Assembly: GCA_965218425.1 (NCBI GenBank)
Contig: OZ244621.1
Span: 3,008,001-3,072,000, forward strand
Direction of reading: 5' to 3'
DNA length: 64,000 nt
Origin: an uncultured Candidatus Binatia bacterium
GTDB taxonomy: Bacteria > Desulfobacterota > Binatia > UBA9968 > CAXXLF01
Shown: one piece after another, positions 59,254-64,000 of the stretch
How positions within the stretch are numbered: the first letter of the stretch is position 1
How the letters are laid out: each line of letters starts with the position of its first letter
Position numbers and translations under genes: made by a program
Notes under the pieces: generated by a model
What the model was told of the DNA's origin: nothing
Seen by the model: only the letters and a program-made list of their open reading frames with translations
Databases searched by the model: none

Positions 59254-60357
59254 ATGCGTTTTGTGTGGTTGCTGGTTGTTATTATTGGTTGGTTTATTCC
59301 GGGCACCACAGTGGCAGAGTCGTCCTGGAAGGCTGAATGGCAAGAAACCCTAAAGGCGGCCAAGCAGGAAGGACGGGTTGTCCTTTATGTCAGTGATGTC
59401 TATTTCGAAGTGTTTCAGCAGTTTCAAAAAAAATATCCCGATATAAAAGTGACCTCAGTGATGGGTAGGGGGAGTCAACTCTCCCAGCGAGTCATGGCTG
59501 AACGCAGGGCCGGCAAGTACCTAGCCGACCTCTATATGGGGGGTTCCGGCACTCTCTATAATGTTTTTTACAAGGGAGGGGTTCTCAGTCCAGTCAAGCG
59601 TTTGTTGATCCTCCCCGAAGTGGTGGATGAGTCCAAGTGGTGGAGTGGGAGGCATATCTATCACGACGATGAGAGTCGCTACATGCTTGCGTATAACGGG
59701 AACGCGCAGTCCTACTTTTCCTACAACACCAAGCTCGTAAATCCGAAAAAATTTAGCTCTTACTGGGATTTCCTCGATCCCTCCTGGAAAGGACAAATGG
59801 TTTCCTATGACCCAACCATGGGGGGTGCGGTGAGCGGCGTCTTGATGTTTCTTTACAAAAACCCCCAGCTGGGGCCAAAATTTATCCGGCGAATTCTGAC
59901 TGAGATGGATCTGAGGGCGACCCGTGACTCCCGCCAGTTGGTTAACTGGTTGGCGGTGGGAAAATATCCTCTTGCCGCATTGGTGGGCCCCAATAGGGCG
60001 GGGATCTATAGCGCTAGGGAACAGGGACTTCCCGTCAATACTTTTGATTCCCGGCGCTTCAAGGAAGGTGGACCCTTGAGTACCAGTAACGGGAACGTGG
60101 CGTTTTTTGACGGGTCCCCTCATCCCAATGCAGCGAAGGTGGCACTCAACTGGCTGCTGTCCCGTGAAGGCCAGATAGCCTATCAAAGATTCGGCTACGA
60201 TAAGGATTCCTTGCGCATCGATATACCGAAGGACAAAGTCCCGCCCCGGGTCCGGCGATTGGAGGGTGTCGACTACCTTGTGCTGGCAGGACCCGGGTTC
60301 AAGAATATGGAGCCAATCAACAGGATCATTCGGGAGGTGTGGAGAAAAAAGAAATGA
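59254..60357 (+). CDS. ABC substrate-binding protein (AfuA/FbpA type)
   Basis: Signal peptide; close paralog of 37694. Confidence 0.88.
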   Translation: MRFVWLLVVIIGWFIPGTTVAESSWKAEWQETLKAAKQEGRVVLYVSDVYFEVFQQFQKKYPDIKVTSVMGRGSQLSQRVMAERRAGKYLADLYMGGSGTLYNVFYKGGVLSPVKRLLILPEVVDESKWWSGRHIYHDDESRYMLAYNGNAQSYFSYNTKLVNPKKFSSYWDFLDPSWKGQMVSYDPTMGGAVSGVLMFLYKNPQLGPKFIRRILTEMDLRATRDSRQLVNWLAVGKYPLAALVGPNRAGIYSAREQGLPVNTFDSRRFKEGGPLSTSNGNVAFFDGSPHPNAAKVALNWLLSREGQIAYQRFGYDKDSLRIDIPKDKVPPRVRRLEGVDYLVLAGPGFKNMEPINRIIREVWRKKK

Positions 60358-60576
60358 GGATCTTTGCAAAAATCATGGTGGATTTCTCTTGCACTCGAAT
60401 TGACTTCATGGGATATGGTCTTTTCATTGACTCAATTTAAATCTAATGATATCGATGACCCGGAAGAGTCGCTGTGAAAGTAAGGTACGAAACCCTGAAA
60501 AATTTTAGTTTGTGGAATTTCACGTCGGTCCCTGGGGTCTCCTCCATGGCGACCCGTTGACCCAGGAGGAAATTTC

Positions 60577-62304
60577 ATGCCTGAGATGAACCATGTTGAA
60601 GTAGGAACTGCGCCCCGGCCCAAGAAAATATCCCCCTTGAATTGGGGGCTGTTTCTAATGATCATCCTCATTGGGTTTATGGGGTTCTATATCCTTTATC
60701 CCCTGCTCTTGATCCTGATCAACAGCTTTAACGTCGCAACCATAGCCGATCCTCCGGAGTATGGTTTTGGCGCTTGGGTAGAGGCCTTCAGTGAGTACGG
60801 GATTAGGGAAGCCCTATGGAACACCATCAAGGTGACCGTTGTCCGCCAGAGTATCGTCTTCGTCATCGGCGTGGGTTTAGCCTGGATCCTTGCACGTACC
60901 AATACTCCCTTCTCCAGGGGGTTCGAGTTTTTCTTCTGGATGTCTTTTATGTTGCCAAGCGTGGCGACCACCTACGGTTGGATTCTCCTTTTGGATCCTG
61001 ATACCGGCCTCGTCAATAGTTGGTTTAGCGACCTATTCGGCGTTATGCCGTTCGATATCTACTCCTTCTGGGGTATCATCTGGGTGCACACCATTAGTGG
61101 GTTGGATACCAAGGTCATGCTGCTGACCCCGGCATTCCGTAACATGGATGCCTCCATGGAAGAAGCAAGCCGCATGTCCGGCGCCAGCACGTTAAGGACC
61201 ATGTTTAGCGTGACCCTTCCCGTGATGACGCCCGCATTGATTGTGGTACTGCTGCTTAGCCTTGTTCGCTTGTTTGAGTCTTTTGAGACCGAGCTCCTGC
61301 TTGGTGTTCCATGGGGTTTTTACGTTTATTCCACCATGATTGTGGATCTGGCAAGGCAAGAACCCCCCCTCACCAACCAGGCGGCGGCATTGGGAAGCCT
61401 CATTCTACTTTTTTTAGCGGTCTTTATACCTCTGCAGAGAAAGCTCATCGGCCGAAGGCACTTTACGACCATTACCAGCGCGTTCAAGCCAAAGATCATT
61501 GATCTTGGCTTCTGGAAGTATCCATCGGTGATAGGGATAGCAATCGTTGCCTTCCTGGCCGTGGGGGTCCCTATTATCAGCGTAGCGGGTGGGAGCGTGA
61601 TGACTCGCTTCGGCTTTTTTAACCTACCCGTAACCTGGACCCTGGACTACTGGAGGATCGCTTTAAACGACCCGCGATTATTGCTGGCCCTGAAAAACAC
61701 TTTGATTATTGCCGGCTGCGCGGCAGCAATCGGGCCATTTCTCTTTTCCATCATTGCGTATATTATCGCTCGGACCAAGCTTCCCGGTCGGGGCATTCTG
61801 GATTCCATCTGTTGGATGCCTTCGGCCGTGCCCGGGGTACTTTCAGGACTGGGACTCCTCTGGATGTTTCTAGGGACTCCGTTCTTTCGGCCCCTTTACG
61901 GAACAATTTTTCTATTAATTATCGCCTCTATGTTTGGTGGGGTCACTCTTGCGACCCAGGTTTTCAAAGCAAACTTCGTTCAGTTGGGTCAGGAACTGGA
62001 AGAGGCCTCTCGCATGTCCGGGGCGGGCTTTTGGCGGACCTATTTTAAGGTGGTGCTACCATTGATGGCACAGACCATGATCCTGATCGCGGTATTGAAG
62101 TTTTTGTTTGCAGCCCGCAGTGCTTCTAGTGTAATCCTATTAGCCACTTCGGAGACCAGAACGTTGGCATTGTTGGCCCTGGATCAAATTGCAGCTGGAT
62201 ACCGCGAGGCGGCGAGCATTACGGTGTTACTGATTGTATTGCTGACCACCGGCTTGGCCCTGGTCGCGAGAATGTTTGGTCTCAAGGTTGGTATCCGTGC
62301 TTAA
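60577..62304 (+). CDS. ABC permease, fused double domain (FbpB-like)
   Basis: ARTNTP, MDASMEEASRMSGA, ELEEASRMSGA. Confidence 0.9.
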   Translation: MPEMNHVEVGTAPRPKKISPLNWGLFLMIILIGFMGFYILYPLLLILINSFNVATIADPPEYGFGAWVEAFSEYGIREALWNTIKVTVVRQSIVFVIGVGLAWILARTNTPFSRGFEFFFWMSFMLPSVATTYGWILLLDPDTGLVNSWFSDLFGVMPFDIYSFWGIIWVHTISGLDTKVMLLTPAFRNMDASMEEASRMSGASTLRTMFSVTLPVMTPALIVVLLLSLVRLFESFETELLLGVPWGFYVYSTMIVDLARQEPPLTNQAAALGSLILLFLAVFIPLQRKLIGRRHFTTITSAFKPKIIDLGFWKYPSVIGIAIVAFLAVGVPIISVAGGSVMTRFGFFNLPVTWTLDYWRIALNDPRLLLALKNTLIIAGCAAAIGPFLFSIIAYIIARTKLPGRGILDSICWMPSAVPGVLSGLGLLWMFLGTPFFRPLYGTIFLLIIASMFGGVTLATQVFKANFVQLGQELEEASRMSGAGFWRTYFKVVLPLMAQTMILIAVLKFLFAARSASSVILLATSETRTLALLALDQIAAGYREAASITVLLIVLLTTGLALVARMFGLKVGIRA

Positions 62305-62349
62305 GTAAGAATGAGCGTTGGTGATTTTTCATAGGAGGCAGGAAATCAG

Positions 62350-63462
62350 ATGAGTTTTCTTCGACTCCAAAACCTGCACAAATTCTTCAACGAAGTCCAG
62401 GCGGTAAATGGCGTGAACCTCGAGGTTCATGAGGGGGAGTTTTTTACCCTCCTGGGTCCAAGTGGCTGTGGTAAGACCACCACCCTTCGGATGGTTGGCG
62501 GTTTGGAAGAACCGGATGAGGGAGAGATTCTCCTGGGGGACGGCTGCTTGGTATCGGTCAGCAGGGGGGTCTTCGTCAATCCCGACAAGCGAGATATGGG
62601 CATGGTGTTTCAGTCCTATGCCCTGTGGCCCCATATGACCGTTTTTGAGAATGTGGCCTATCCGCTTAAGCTTCGTTGGATGAAAAGACCGGTGATTCGA
62701 GACAAGGTCCTTGCGGCATTGGAACTCGTGGGTTTGACGGGATTGGAGGATCGACCCATTCCGGCCCTCAGCGGCGGACAGCAGCAGCGGGTTGCGCTGG
62801 CCCGGGCCCTGGTCTTTTCGCCGAAGGTTTTGCTTCTGGATGAACCCCTGAGCAACCTGGATGCGCAGCTGCGCGACGAGATGCGCAGGGAGTTAAAATC
62901 CCTGCAGAGACGAGTTGGCGTTACGGTGCTATTCGTAACCCACGATCAGATCGAGGCTCTGAGTCTGTCCGATCGAATCGGGATTATGTCCAAGGGAAAG
63001 TTAGAGCAGGTGGGCAGCCCCGAAGAGGTGTACCACAAGCCGGTGACCACGTTCGCGCGGGATTTTCTGGGCAAGACGTTTATCGTCCTGGGCAAAGTGA
63101 CCAGGATGGGCGACCCGGTCCAGGTTGAACCCCACGGGATTAAAGAAGCTTCACTGTCCATTGATCAGGCCAATATCCCTTCTACGGTCGCCGGTTCTCT
63201 CAAGGACGGGAGCGAGGTGGTGGTGTCCATTCGGCCGGACCATATCAGAGTTTCGGGAACCGGGCCGAATTCCAACCCTAATGTGCTTCCGGCGATTTTG
63301 GAGAACGTGCATTTCTTGGGAGATCGGTACGAGTACACGGTGTCCATGGGGTCGGATACACGGGTGCTGGTTTTGCCTGCGTCCCAGGTGCTCAAACCGG
63401 GTGAAAAAATCTTTTTGGATTTAAAGACAGAAAGCCTCTCTCTGTGGCCCCGGGAGATGTAA
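62350..63462 (+). CDS. ABC ATP-binding protein (FbpC/PotA-like)
   Basis: GPSGCGKT, LSGGQQQR, LLDEP, VTHDQ. Confidence 0.93.
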   Translation: MSFLRLQNLHKFFNEVQAVNGVNLEVHEGEFFTLLGPSGCGKTTTLRMVGGLEEPDEGEILLGDGCLVSVSRGVFVNPDKRDMGMVFQSYALWPHMTVFENVAYPLKLRWMKRPVIRDKVLAALELVGLTGLEDRPIPALSGGQQQRVALARALVFSPKVLLLDEPLSNLDAQLRDEMRRELKSLQRRVGVTVLFVTHDQIEALSLSDRIGIMSKGKLEQVGSPEEVYHKPVTTFARDFLGKTFIVLGKVTRMGDPVQVEPHGIKEASLSIDQANIPSTVAGSLKDGSEVVVSIRPDHIRVSGTGPNSNPNVLPAILENVHFLGDRYEYTVSMGSDTRVLVLPASQVLKPGEKIFLDLKTESLSLWPREM

Positions 63463-63568
63463 GGGCGATGATTTAGAGCGCAAATTCGTGAGGGGGGCCT
63501 TGACAAAAGAAGTCCAATATGGTGTAAGACGGTATTTTTAAGGGTCAAGTTTCGAAAGGAGGAGTGAG

Positions 63569-63958
63569 ATGAAAAGGATCTATCTAATGGCCGTGGCGGT
63601 CCTGATGATTTTGAGTTTTGTTGGGACTGCTGATGCGCAGAGGAAGAAGAAGAGTCAGGGGAAGCGGATTCAGACGATGGATATCGTGATCAGCGAGGTG
63701 GGTGAGGCGACCGTTGGTTACCAGGTCCGGCGGAGGGGAAGGATGCGGACGAGTTACATCGGCGTGGCGGATGTCACCAGAGTCCAGAAGGCTGACTACA
63801 AGGATGTCGCTCTCAAGGATTTAAAGAAGGGCGATAAGGCTCTAGTTACCCTTTACAAGGACCCTGACGATCCATACTTTCCTGCACTGTCGATTAAAGT
63901 GTATGGGAAGGCGGTTATGATGAAGAAGGCTCGAAGGGCCAAAAAGAAGAAAAAGTAA
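63569..63958 (+). CDS. Small exported basic hypothetical protein (possible OB-fold/DUF5666-like)
   Basis: AGGAGG RBS, signal peptide ending ADA, LKDLKKGD motif, Lys/Arg-rich ends. Confidence 0.75.
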   Translation: MKRIYLMAVAVLMILSFVGTADAQRKKKSQGKRIQTMDIVISEVGEATVGYQVRRRGRMRTSYIGVADVTRVQKADYKDVALKDLKKGDKALVTLYKDPDDPYFPALSIKVYGKAVMMKKARRAKKKKK

Positions 63959-64000
63959 GAGGGTTCCTTCCAACCATGATTTAGCGCTGTGCCATCTGGT

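Overview
64-kb accessory catabolic region of a moderately GC-rich bacterium. There are no phylogenetic markers; the gene repertoire resembles environmental Deltaproteobacteria/Binatota-type genomes, which is inference only. The window is almost entirely paralogous enzymes for aromatic/heteroaromatic acid metabolism: 5 Rieske oxygenase alpha subunits (one with a beta subunit), 5 heme-oxygenase-like (PqqC/CADD/TenA fold) proteins, 7 gentisate-dioxygenase-like cupins, 3 UbiD decarboxylases, 2 amidohydrolases, a NahE-like aldolase, an OphB-like dehydrogenase, xanthine-dehydrogenase-family subunits, a CoA-transferase/thiolase/DUF35 module, and ABC and MFS transporters. An IS481 and an IS1182 remnant bracket a probably foreign amidohydrolase-ABC cassette. 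No Rieske reductase or ferredoxin, no UbiX and no transcription factor is visible. The best candidates for an undescribed system are: (i) an orphan EutA-like plus Cdc48-like ATPase pair, with a natural Walker B E->Q in D2, inside a UbiD/cupin/Rieske gene run; (ii) an expanded HDO diiron enzyme family linked to oxygenases; (iii) repeated intact-enzyme plus ligand-less-paralog pairs; and (iv) a conserved structured non-coding element in three divergent intergenic regions.
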